Assembly (NCBI GenBank): GCA_010093705.1
Contig: MU006090.1
Location: 2,162,022 to 2,226,021 of the forward strand
DNA from: Patellaria atrata CBS 101060
Taxonomy: Eukaryota
Direction: 5' to 3'
DNA length: 64,000 bases
Below the pieces are notes generated by a model. That model worked only from the letters and a program-made list of their open reading frames with translations, was not told where the DNA came from and made no database searches. Both the position numbers and the translations under genes were made by a program. This document shows, one piece after another, positions 14,253 to 25,389 of this stretch (position 1 is the first letter of the stretch; every line of letters begins with the position of its first letter).

Positions 14253-15953
14253 ATGGCAGGTGAAAATCTCTACGTCATTCTTCCGGGGAGCGTCACCGGT
14301 GATTTATGGCATGTCGCAGCTGCACAAATTTTATCCGGAACGTACTCCAAAGAACATCCCAACGTCGTTGTTGTGATGGCTATAAACCCATTGATCAAGA
14401 AGGATTATGGTGGCGACGTAAAAAATGCCGAAGCAGAGACTGAGAAGAAGCACGCTAAGATCAACTATGACTACTTCCAGAGTATTGGCCTAAAGTGCAT
14501 GCTATTGCAGGTCGATTACTCCATAGACAAGAAGGGCGACGGAACTGCAAATAAGGACATTGAAAAGATCATGTGGAAACAGCCAAATACATAGTACGAT
14601 AAGCAATACGAACGTCTTAGAGGTGAAGACCCGACGTACCTATTCAACAAGGTCATTCAAGACGTTTAACGGAAGAATGCGGTCGAACCTCAGGTCGGTT
14701 TTAACTTTCCGGCCCAAGACAGTAAACTTTCAGACCGAGTTCTAAAGCTCATGACCGCGACAACCATTACTATCAATCTCCTTACCGGTCTGAAGGTTGG
14801 TGAGGCGGAAGAACGTATGGCTTGTTTCAGTAGCAAAATGTTCGGTATTCCCGACAAAGAAGATGGGCAGGTTGGAGTTGACCCCGAGGTTCAGGAGAAA
14901 GCAGATACCAAGCACGCGATGCTTTAAAACCTTATCCATACGGTGCTGGATAGCACTGGAGCTAAGCAGAAAAAGCTAGACCGTGTGGTTCTTGAAAATT
15001 ATCGCGTTGGCCACGTTAACGGCGGGATGGACTCCAATCTGGAAATGTCCAAATGGTTCAAGAATGAGGCTGAAAAGAAAGGTATGGCAGTCATATATGT
15101 CATAGTCATCGACATGACCCAAGAGAGAGGACGAGAGGCATATAGCAAACTTGAAGCAACCAAGGGGAACGTACTCTTCGACCTTGACAACAAAAATGAC
15201 CCGGTACAGCAAGGATGGCCGGGATTGGACTCAAGAGCTCAGGCCCTGTTTTGGGCAAAGGTTACAAGTAACAAAGATATCGCCGGGGTATTTAGCGGAC
15301 GAAGTGGTTCTGTTGACGTCGCTGGTTTTAATGGAGTAAATGTCTTCTTCTGGGATGAGCCTTTCATCAGGCGGGCTACAGGTCCGTTAGCACCTGTCCT
15401 CTCAACAGATAAAGACTACAAGGACCTTGATAATGCTATGGGTGCGGATGCCAGCAATTCTAGGGACGCTGCAAATGGACGGATCGCGCAATGCTTTCGC
15501 TCTCTTCAACTGCTTCCTATCATGGCCGTTGCGTGCCCCGTGGATCCTATATTCGAAAGAAAGGATGAAAAGGGTGCATCTATACCCTTTGGGAAAGATA
15601 AAAAAGGCCAGCCCATCAGAAATTGGACAAAAGTACATCAGCCGGAGCTGGACAGATGGTTTGATGCCATCCAGCACGGGGGAAGGTTCCCTCGGGGTGA
15701 AGTTTAGAAGGCGACCTTCCAGACATCACCACCTATTGAGCACTGGAGAATGGTAAATCTAAAATCCTCTGATTTTTACCGACTATACTCATTCTAACTG
15801 CTCCCTTGACAGAGACGATCTCTTGACTGGTACCGGCAGACGGTCATGGAGCATCTTCCTCTAGACATAATTTCTAAGGTATTCCAGGATGTTCCCGAGT
15901 ACCAATGCGCAAAGGTGAGCGGGAGAGTCGCAGATGGCTGGGATAAGGAGTAG
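14253..15953 (+). pseudogene. About 546-codon gene of unknown function with four in-frame TAA/TAG stops; intron 15753-15812
   Basis: One reading frame from ATG 14253 through stops at 14592, 14667, 14925 and 15705, with no frameshift. A GTAAAT..CTAAC..CAG intron then leads into a final 46-codon exon ending TAG TAG. Confidence 0.75.
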
Positions 15954-17010
15954 TAGGGCTGGTATAGTTATCAAGTCCTAGGTTCTGATATAGATCGTAG
16001 AAGCATTCTGGATTCAATTTTTTTTTTCCAGAATCCTATCGGCAATGACTTGACGTAATGGTTCTATCGGGACCCTTTTGACGGATGCTTTCTCTTTGTT
16101 GAACCACCTTAACGCCCTATGAGATACGTTGGCATCATTACCAGTTTCCAAAGCGGGACTTTCCGAACCCTACTCACTTCAAACCGAGACCTGGTCCGTA
16201 GTTCGTTCCTGTCCCCGGGATATTCCCCCTTAGCCCTGTCTTCTCCCTCGATCCCTAAAATTACAAATTGTACGCCAAAACGAAAATGTACGTAAATATG
16301 AGGTGTATAGATATATCACCACAAATGTATATAGATGATACATCAAGGTCCTACGCCCGTGCCGCTGCATACCTTGTAGGTACATAATATCTAGGAGATG
16401 AAGGGCCGAAATGTAGTAACTCGGTAATCATATGGGTAAGTTAGACTCATTGGGTAATCCTTCCGCCAAACCTTATGATGCTCGGGCTACGCAAATTTGG
16501 GTCCCAAGTTATATTCCAGACCTTGAAGTGTCGGCTCAGCTTTAGATCAATCCAAACCACCCTTGAAATGCGGCTTCCTGATAAAAGCACCTGGGGAGGT
16601 TCAAGAGATTATGAAAGAAAGGCGGTTGCAAAGGCTTTTTTTATTTCTCATTTCTAATAACTGTACGAGTATATTATGCTCTTGGTAGGCCTGATGACCT
16701 ACCTATACGTGCTGCTCATTCTGCTCCGCCTTCAAATCCCCATATCAGTGGTGTTACCACTGGCATAGCAAACCAAATCACTAACATCTTCTCCAGTAAT
16801 AGTTTATTAGTTACAGGAGATGGGTACTTTAGTACTGATGAGAAGCGTTATCTCACGCAGTGGTTTTTGTAGAACTCCGCGCATGACATACCTAGGGATT
16901 TCAGCTTCCTATACTAACATATTGACTTTCAGATGGCTGTTACGATTTGTACATTCTCGTCAAGGTCTCCTCTGAAGCTCCTTTGTATATAGTGGACTTT
17001 AGGTTTGATT

Positions 17011-17887
17011 TCAATCATCATCTTCTGATGAGTAATTGGTCAAACCTAATAAAGCACCTCTAGTGGTGGGAGGTTTCGGTGATGAGAAAGGTGAAGATGC
17101 GAGTTCCGTAGAGTGTTTGCCCGTCATTTTGTTCTCTCCTTGAATGGATGTAGCTTGCGCTTCAGGAGGAGAAGGAGTTGACCCATTTGCATTCCTCTTT
17201 TGCCTCGTTTGAGTAGATTTCAACGGAGGAGACACCGCATTGCTCCCTTCTTCTTTATTATCATCTGTTACGGAGCTTTCCTTTCTCCTCAACTTCACAC
17301 CCCCTAAAATCCTTTCCCTCTCCCGCTTTCTTTTTCTCCTCGCCTCCCATTTCTCTCCTTCGTTGGAATGTTTACTATCATCTTCCGCAACAGTTGCCGC
17401 GCGCTCAACTTCCTCCTGCTGCTTTCTGAACAAGTTAAGCTGCTCGGTCGTCTCCTTCTTGATAGCGGCCTCCTTGGCACGTGTACTCTCGTGTACGGCG
17501 TCGAGGAAGTCAATCTCGTCCGCATCGAGACTGCGGAACTGATGTTTGAGCTTGATTGATTCTTCGAAGGCTTCTTGTTTCGCGGCTATGTGGGGAAAGG
17601 GTCTGGCATGTTAGTCTGGGGAATGGAGGGGATATGTCTGGAGACAGGGGAGAAGCCACAGAGAAACAAGGTACATAGGAGCGGGAAGACATAGTGGTGT
17701 AAAGGAAGCTTTGGGACTAGGCACCTTTGTTCGCTTGGAGAATCTCAAATAAGCTTTTGGAGCCTTGTGCTTGATTCTGGTCTTCCTTCCGACGTCTGTT
17801 TTCTTCGATTTCTTGTTGCGCTTTGAGCCAGGCCTCGTCGCGCTCAATTGGATTCTCGTTTGTGCCAGCTGCTACGAACTTCGACAT
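17011..17887 (-). CDS. FYV6: FAM192A/Fyv6 family nuclear protein; exons 17887-17725, 17585-17011
   Basis: MSKFVAAG...KSLFEILQANK|AAKQEAFEESIKLKHQFRSLDADEIDFLD; C-terminal LLGLTNYSSEDDD. Confidence 0.85.
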
Positions 17888-18789
17888 GTTGTCAGGCCAG
17901 CCTGCTTTTATTTGTAGCTTCGTAGGAGTTGAAGGGTTGCAAGGCGATGCGTCTGGGGGTAGAAGTCTACAGGTAGAATGTCGGGGCCTAGGGTGATGAT
18001 GTCGGTTTGAGACGGGGATAGCGGAGCGGAAATCTTCCTAGCGCGTTCACGTCAGCATCTGCGGCCTTGGGTATCTGGAATGGAACGCGTCAGACGCTCA
18101 GTGCTACCTTCCCTTTTTTGACAGAATAGACCTAACTGGTTTTGTACCTTATGAACTGTAACGGGAACAGCTCTCGGACAATGCCGGACCGTATCGCTTC
18201 CGGGTGTCGAAAGTGGCCGCTGGGCTGCGAGTTAAAGGTGGAAATTTCGGGATGAAAAGCGGGATGTCAATCCCGTTCGGAGTGAACAAGGAACCGAAGC
18301 TTTATCACAATCGGGAGAAGCCCGGAGGTCATAGGCACAACACTTCCCTTCTAATGTAGCCCCCACCACTTTGTAAAATGACTTCAATAATACCTACTAG
18401 CTGATAGGTACCTGTAGGCAACAAAAATCTTTCCCCATAGATATGTACAGCCACTACAAAGATTTTGGTTCCCGCGATATCTGTAGCCGCATCAATAGCT
18501 CAGCCCATGCGGCGATTCATTTTAGGCAAAATTCAATTCGAACAATTCAACCCTGCATGATCGATATTTGACCGCGGGATTGGGAACATTGCATCATTGC
18601 TGTAACGTCCTTCTCCCAGCCTTTGTAACCATTACTATTTTGAGTAGCCTGGTGGCGAACTAATCTTCTAGAAAGAAAAGAGAACGGCAGTCCGTTGACG
18701 TGGTTTGCAGCTATTACTGCATTATTGCATCTGTTTGTGTGACCAGTTAGTCAGTTCACGCGGTAGCAAAACTGATATAAGGAGCCATC

Positions 18790-20047
18790 ATGTCCCTCAC
18801 GCGCACCTCTCTCGTGAAACCCACTATATCTCTCCTCTCAACTGTTCCTTCCAGAGCTAGAACTCCAATCTTATCCAAATCTTTTGTCATCAGACAGACA
18901 ACTTCCTTCCACACTCGCAGATTCGCCACCATGTCCCTTGAGAATACCAAGAAGACCTTTACTCTCAGCACTGGGGATAAGATTCCCGCTATTGGCCTTG
19001 GAACATGGCAATCCAAGCCGAACGAGGTGCGGGACGCCGTCAAGGTTGCCCTACAAGCAGGTTACCGTCACATTGATACGGCTTTAGCATATGGTAACGA
19101 GCATGAGGTCGGCGAGGGTATTCGTGATTCAGGCGTTCCCAGAGAAGAGATATGGATTACAACTAAACTTGATAATACATGGCATCACCGCGTTGAGGAC
19201 GGCATTACGAGCAGTTTGAAGAGCTTGGGTGTCGACTATGTCGATTTGTATCTGATGGTACGCCTTGATCTAGCATAGAGCGCGTCTATCGACTCACTGT
19301 GTGATATAGCACTGGCCCTCGTCAACGGACCCAAACGACACGAAGAAGCACTTGTCGGATTGGAACTTCGTTAAGACATGGTGAGTTGAAATTCAAACGG
19401 TAATAGTTGTGTTTGCATTGAGAAGGATTAACAAGGTTGGACTAGGCAAGAAATGCAGAAGCTCCCCGCATCCGGCCGCGTCAAGAACATCGGAGTGTCC
19501 AACTTCGGGATCAAGAATCTTGAGATCTTGCTCAACGATGAATCATGCAAGACCGTCCCTGCCGTCAACCAGATTGAGCTCCATCCCAACCAACCATCGT
19601 AGGTGTTGCCATTGAATGATTGTGCCAAACTTTTCTAAAACCACGTCAGACCTAAGTTGCTCGATTATTGCAAGTCAAAGGGCATCCACTGTACCGCCTA
19701 TTCCTGCCTTGGATCCACCGACTCTCCCCTATACAAGGATCCAACTCTCAACAAGATCGCAGAAGCTAAGGGCAAGACGCCTCAGCAGTGCTTGTAAGCT
19801 AATGTTACACCTACGGATCGAAATAAGTTAGTACTAACTCTTTCAAAGGCTCATGTGGGGGCTTCAACGCGGAACCAGCGTCATTCCTAAGAGCGTCACG
19901 GCCTCTAGGATACAGAAAAACCTCGAACTGGACGGGTGGGAGCTCACAGATGATGAATTCAGTCAGCTTAGCAACCTCAAGGACAGATTCAAGGTCTGTG
20001 GAGACAGCTGGTTGCCGGTTAAAGTATTCTTCGGTGATGATGAGTAG
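18790..20047 (+). CDS. Aldo-keto reductase (Gcy1/Ypr1-like NADP glycerol dehydrogenase type); exons 18790-19257, 19310-19380, 19446-19598, 19650-19793, 19849-20047
   Basis: [43 protein letters not shown] and VIPKS motifs. A second in-frame ATG lies at 18931. Confidence 0.93.
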
Positions 20048-20181
20048 AACAGAATTTGGATCCATAGTGTAGATGAAAGGGACATCCCCTTAGTTACCGG
20101 AATGATCTTTAGTCCTCAGTCCCCGGTTGAGTTTCCTCTTGTGGCATGGTCTCCTATAATTCTTGTCAATGTTCCTAAAAA

Positions 20182-21208
20182 TTACTTGTCCATGGCTCCT
20201 ACTATTTTTAAACCTGAAGCATCTCCAGAGTGGGCCAAGACATAGCGATTAGGATGCCACTGCACGTATGGTGCAGGGTAGGCAGTCTCGATCTTGTAGA
20301 TGTATTCTCCAGTTTCCGTGTGGGCAATTTCCAGACCAGTTCCCTCATCAGATCCTCCTACGATGTAAGTACCGTCAAATGAAAAGCTAACGCTACGGAC
20401 CGGTCCTATCATGTTAGAAAGGGCATGCTGGCAGCACCATTCCCAAGTGTCCCAGAGGGTGAGGAGCGCATCAGATCCGCCAACCGCAACCCAAGTACCC
20501 ATTGGACTGATAGAGACACTAAGGGCCGCCGACGTATGTGCGCTAAGGGAAAGCAATGGTTCCTGGAGAACATATATTAGCACTTATACATACCACAGCT
20601 AGGAATGAATGTTGTGAACGGACAAAGCCAGGATAATCCATGATCTTAATCTGGCCCTCACCGGTCGTGAGAAACACCTCCTTGCCGGAATTCGAAAAGC
20701 ATGCTTGATTTGTCTGGATGTTCTGCGGATGCTCCGCTAACACGTTCATAGTACGTCTGTCAACGCGCTTCAGTACATCCTGCTTCGTGCCCACCAGCAT
20801 CTCCTCGCCCTCCGGCATCCACGCGAGCGTCAAACCGTCCCCGCCCAGTTTGACCTCCCCAACAGCCGCTTTGCTTCGCACATCCCAAATTTTGAGTGTT
20901 CCGTCCGCGCCGACGCTCGCGAGCTCGGCGTCACGTCGTGGATGCCAGGCTACGCGCTCAACTGAGCCGATGTGACCCTTGAGCTCAGTGCTGTTTTTGA
21001 CTTGGGGTTTTTCGGGATTCCATATGCGGATTGAGCGGTCGGTTGCGCCAGTCGCGATGAGCGTGCCGAGGGGGTTCCAGGCGATTGTACGGATTGAGGA
21101 CGCGCTGGCACGTGCGGTCGTTTCACTGTAAGTCTGAGTACGTAGGGAGCGAAATTTAGCGATGAACCGATCGCGTGGAAGCGATTCGGCGCGAGGTGGA
21201 GGCGGCAT
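20182..21208 (-). CDS. TEX1: WD40 protein, THO complex subunit 3 (Tex1/THOC3); exons 21208-20624, 20562-20182
   Basis: SIRTIAWNPLGTLIATG, ELKGHIGSVERVAW, AVGGSDALLTLWD, SVSFSFDG and VQWHPNRYVLA. Confidence 0.85.
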
Positions 21209-21344
21209 TGCGCTGGACTGAGTGTAGTGATAACTGCAATGGAGGAAAGATGCAGCTGTAAGGGAAAGAGCTCAGAGTTTCTTTATGGGGTATCACATAG
21301 ATATTCGATAGTACCTGTGGGAACGCGGGTTAAATTATAGACTA

Positions 21345-21533
21345 GTTACAATATTAGTAATCACGTGACCCTTGTCTTTATTAAGATAAGACAAGATCTC
21401 TATATAATAGTATAATATATTTCTCTTATTTTCTATATTTTAATAGTTAAAAAATTATTAAACTTTTTATTATTATACTAACTTTAATATTAATTTAAAA
21501 AATTAATATAAAGATATATTAATATAATAGATA
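21345..21533. repeat. AT-rich decayed repeat (probable RIP-mutated LTR relic), left flank of the pogo element
   Basis: Abrupt shift to a nearly pure A/T, TpA-rich sequence with a surviving TCACGTGA at 21361. Confidence 0.5.
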
Positions 21534-23405
21534 ACGTAAAGCACCACCGAGTGTCGCACACCACCGAGTGTCGCAGAATTTCTTGGCACGAACAACTTAT
21601 TGTAGAGAACATTAAATTAATCGCTATCAAATAGAGAACCTGCGTAACCTGTACTCGTATCGGATTCAGAAGTCTCTTCTGAATCCTTTTTACATGTTCG
21701 AGCGTTATGTCCAGTCCCTTCGCAGTTCCCACAGCGCCGTATAGCTGGTTGGGCTGTTTCATGACCATCGCCACCTCGAGCCTTCTTTGATCGCTGAGAC
21801 GCCGCAGACGCCTCAGTAGCTACCTTCGCTGACGCCTCACCATACTCTATTGTACCGCCGTGCTGAATCCGCTTCCGTTTGCGCGTTTTCCTCTTAGTTA
21901 TTACTGCCAATTGCTCTTCAAGCTCAGCAATGCGGGCGCCCATAAGCGCGCTCCCATGCATCATCAATTCAGCTCCTTTTACGAGCTGTACAAGCCCAGA
22001 CTGAGCTGTAGTAGGCCATCTAGTAATAGAATCCCGTACGAGCTTTGATTGCGATCCAAATTCAAGCGTGTTACTTGGAGTCTTTGATTGCCACGGCGTC
22101 TGTAGTGGTAGGGGTTCTAATGGGGTGCGTAGGCGTACTTCAAGGCGATCTAGCACTACCTGCGCGTTGATAGGGACAAGGCCTGATGCCTCAAAGGCTT
22201 TGCGACAGTTCTCCTCTGTAAATACGTCAAAAAACGCGTCCTTGAAGGCTGGTAGGAAGCCCTCTTTGTTGATATGGAAGACGCGCCGGCGTGCCAAGTC
22301 TCGAACGCGCTGGGAGTACTTGCGCTTTAATGGCAAAAAGCAGACTACGTCAAGTGGTTGGAGTATATGCGATGAGTGAGGAGGTATACAGAGCGTTAAG
22401 ATCTTGTTCTCTAGGCAGTAATCCTTGAAATCCTGGTTAAGGTGGCTCTCATGGCCGTCGAGGATAAGCAGCCGGTATACCCCTACCGTACGCGCCTTTG
22501 TATGCGCGTCAAAGTGCTTCAACCACTCAAGACCAAGCGCGTTATTTGTCCAGCCGTTCTCAGAGACTGAGATCTTCCAGTTGCGCGGTATATCTGTCTN
22601 NNNNNNNNNNNNNNNNNNNNNNNNNNNNNNNNNNNNNNNNNNNNNNNNNNNNNNNNNNNNNNNNNNNNNNNNNNNNNNNNNNNNNNNNNNNNNNNNNNNN
22701 NNNNNNNNNNNNNNNNNNNNNNNNNNNNNNNNNNNNNNNNNNNNNNNNNNNNNNNNNNNNNNNNNNNNNNNNNNNNNNNNNNNNNNNNNNNNNNNNNNNN
22801 NNNNNNNNNNNNNNNNNNNNNNNNNNNNNNNNNNNNNNNNNNNNNNNNNNNNNNNNNNNNNNNNNNNNNNNNNNNNNNNNNNNNNNNNNNNNNNNNNNNN
22901 NNNNNNNNNNNNNNNNNNNNNNNNNNNNNNNNNNNNNNNNNNNNNNNNNNNNNNNNNNNNNNNNNNNNNNNNNNNNNNNNNNNNNNNNNNNNNNNNNNNN
23001 NNNNNNNNNNNNNNNNNNNNNNNNNNNNNNNNNNNNNNNNNNNNNNNNNNNNNNNNNNNNNNNNAATCGAGGTCAAGAATATATCGGACGATCGTTTGCT
23101 CTTCGGTCGCGGTGAGCTTCTGGCAATTAGGCTGGCAATTGGCTCGGGCGAGGGTTTGGTTGTATCTTCGCTGAAGCTTTCGTGGGCACGCGTTATACGC
23201 GGCGGCGGCGCGTCGTAGGCTTCGAAATTGGCCTTCCTTATAGGCTTGAAGTGCAAGCTCTATTCGGCCTTCTTGTTGAGCTTTATTATCTTGTTGTTGT
23301 TGAGACATTTCGTGTTATAGTAGAGGTAATAGCTGCCAAGAAATTCTGCGACACTCGGTGGTGTGCGACACTCGGTGGTGTGCGACACTCGGTGGTGCTT
23401 TACGT
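21534..23405 (-). mobile_element. Full-length pogo/Fot1-family (Tc1-mariner superfamily) DNA transposon, 1872 bp including a 465-N gap
   Basis: TA target duplication at 21532-21533 and 23406-23407. TIRs at 21534-21588 and 23334-23405 begin ACGT and contain 17-bp direct repeats CACCACCGAGTGTCGCA. Confidence 0.95.
21617..23308 (-). CDS. pogo/Fot1 DDE transposase (middle hidden by N gap 22600-23064)
   Basis: N-terminal HTH (SLRRAAAAY), KLTATEEQTIVRYILDLD, SENGWT, LLILDGHESH, HSSHILQPLD and C-terminal CCHC knuckle CGNCEGTGHNARTC. Confidence 0.92.
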   Translation of the reverse strand: MSQQQQDNKAQQEGRIELALQAYKEGQFRSLRRAAAAYNACPRKLQRRYNQTLARANCQPNCQKLTATEEQTIVRYILDLDXXXXXXXXXXXXXXXXXXXXXXXXXXXXXXXXXXXXXXXXXXXXXXXXXXXXXXXXXXXXXXXXXXXXXXXXXXXXXXXXXXXXXXXXXXXXXXXXXXXXXXXXXXXXXXXXXXXXXXXXXXXXXXXXXXXXXXXXXXXXXXXXXXXXXXXXXXXXTDIPRNWKISVSENGWTNNALGLEWLKHFDAHTKARTVGVYRLLILDGHESHLNQDFKDYCLENKILTLCIPPHSSHILQPLDVVCFLPLKRKYSQRVRDLARRRVFHINKEGFLPAFKDAFFDVFTEENCRKAFEASGLVPINAQVVLDRLEVRLRTPLEPLPLQTPWQSKTPSNTLEFGSQSKLVRDSITRWPTTAQSGLVQLVKGAELMMHGSALMGARIAELEEQLAVITKRKTRKRKRIQHGGTIEYGEASAKVATEASAASQRSKKARGGDGHETAQPAIRRCGNCEGTGHNARTCKKDSEETSESDTSTGYAGSLFDSD

Positions 23406-23407
23406 TA

Positions 23408-23853
23408 CTAGAAATTATTGTATATCGAGTATTAACGAATATATTAAGACTGGAGATTTCCAGTAGCTATGGAGTGGGTAACTTGATATTGGAGTTGCCC
23501 AGAGATCTAATCTGATAAGATAGATCACGTGATAGGAGGAATAAGATATATGGTAAGGGAACCGTGATAAAAACTATAATATTTAACTTTATAAATAAGA
23601 TTAATAGTAAGAATAAATATAAAAAATCTAAATTATATATATAAAGAAATATCTTTAAATATTCCTTCTTTATAGTCTTATTTTTCCTAGCTAGCTATAG
23701 TTAATAGCTAACACCTCTATCCACTTCTAGACACTGGCCAACACTGGACACTGGCCATGTCACGTGATCTCAACTTCCGTCCTAGTTGTTCCGATCCGTC
23801 ACCTGGTGCTACCCCCACCGGTGATGCATCCCTATCACTTTGTGGCCGTAACA
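23408..23853. repeat. Probable solo-LTR relic(s), partly RIP-mutated
   Basis: Ends CCGTAACA at 23853 (TGTTACGG on minus, LTR-like terminus). A second terminus-like CCGTGATA lies at 23562-23569, with TCACGTGA at 23525 and 23760 and an AT-rich core at 23570-23710. No TSD could be confirmed. Confidence 0.45.
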
Positions 23854-24319
23854 GTAAGTTCTCTAATTTAAATAACTAGTGAAGCACGTTATCTTGATTT
23901 AAATAAAATGAGGTCCCTACCTAATAATATTATACGCTTCTCATATTTTCCATATACCGACGTTGGACCGAAGCGATCGGGGACCGGGAAACGTTTACGT
24001 CAGCGATGGTCGACCGCCAACCAGACCACTTAAGGTAAGCAACCTCCTTTTAGAGTTTCGTTAGACACCTTGGGGCTTTGGGAACTTCGATTTCCTCACA
24101 TAAGGGAAGACGTTATGTTACGAAGTGATCCTGCTAAAGGGATTTTGAAAGATCTCCTTATGGAGGTACATTATGGAACGAACAACGACCTCCACCTATC
24201 AACCATGGATAATCTTTAAGACTGTCTACCTCCCTTAATAAGTACAATCCCACGCCAATTTGACAAGTTACCTTAAGGTATCTATTCTCAACCTCCCAAG
24301 ATTTACAACTAGTCTAGGT

Positions 24320-25024
24320 ATGGGAACACTTATCAATCCGTTATACGAATTTATCCATGGAGAATAGCTCACTGATGATATACCTCGGGATGCTGCCGTT
24401 TTCTTTTCGGAGCAGTATGGTATCTGGGATCCAAGCGATCCCTTTGGAAGATACGGCAAGCGTGTCCGAACAAATATACGGCGACTGAGGGATCTATTGC
24501 CTGTGGATGCTGAGAATATCTACGTTCGTGTACTGGTGGCAGGGGAGCTTGCCGGTCATGTATTCGCCTCACGATGGACACAAGGGCGAAAGATATGTTG
24601 GATCACACAGCTCGTTATCAAAAGAATCTTCCGCAGGAGAGGAATAGCGACAGCATTGCTTTTGACTCTTCGTCAACAAGACGATTTGTACGGAGTACTG
24701 AGTTCCAACCCAGCTACTATCCTTGCAACTTGGCGAGCATTAGGGGGAGGTTCGAAAGACATTGATCTCTCTACCACTCAAAAGTACGCTATTGACATCC
24801 TTCGGTCTTCACTAGTAGAGTATGTGAATGGTGCAAAGGTTCATGGATCACTATTCCACGAATCTCATGATGGTTCTGCATCTACTGCAGATACGGGACT
24901 TCATGTCTGCTATGATGAACCATCGGAAATCTTAGCGACGATCCAGCAGCGTGGTACTATGTGGCCATTGGGAGAACTGCTGGAGGGACACGAATATATT
25001 ATTCTTGTTGAGCCCACTCCGTAA
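24320..25024 (+). pseudogene. GNAT-fold acetyltransferase-like gene with one premature TAG (24365-24367)
   Basis: MGTLINPLYEFIHGE*LTDD..FFSEQYGIW is in frame with the 24497 ORF. Acetyl-CoA motif A: WITQLVIKRIFRRRGIATALL. Confidence 0.7.
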
Positions 25025-25389
25025 AGCTGTTTGACGGAGAGAGGGCATATGAGGATGCTAGTCGCGTGGAAGCAGTTAGTTAATGGAATTGTTGATTCTT
25101 TACGTATTCATGTATATTACCTTTTCCGATGATTTGTACTAGCGTCAACGTGAATATTGACGATCGAAATTATTAAATTGTTACGAGATATATTGTACAA
25201 GCATGTAGTAGAACTAGATGCACTTCGAACCTTGCCAAGACCGGGGAGGTCTTGACCCGTCGCGTCAGAGTGCGGCTCCTCGCAGAACACGTCTCCCACC
25301 AACATTCGTTTCCGCAACACTTTTCGCTCACCCTTCCATCAAGAATGAACCCTAGAATGCGCAACCTACTTCCAGTTTCTTAATCCACA

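Noticed and set aside
14253..15707. Alternative genetic code, or suppression by the unusual tRNA, explaining in-frame TAR stops
   Set aside because: Conserved genes in the window end in TAA/TAG normally and the tRNA anticodon is an ordinary CCA. Mutation is the simpler explanation.
22425..23256. Extra long ORFs with X runs overlapping the transposase
   Set aside because: Artefacts of translating through the 465-N gap.
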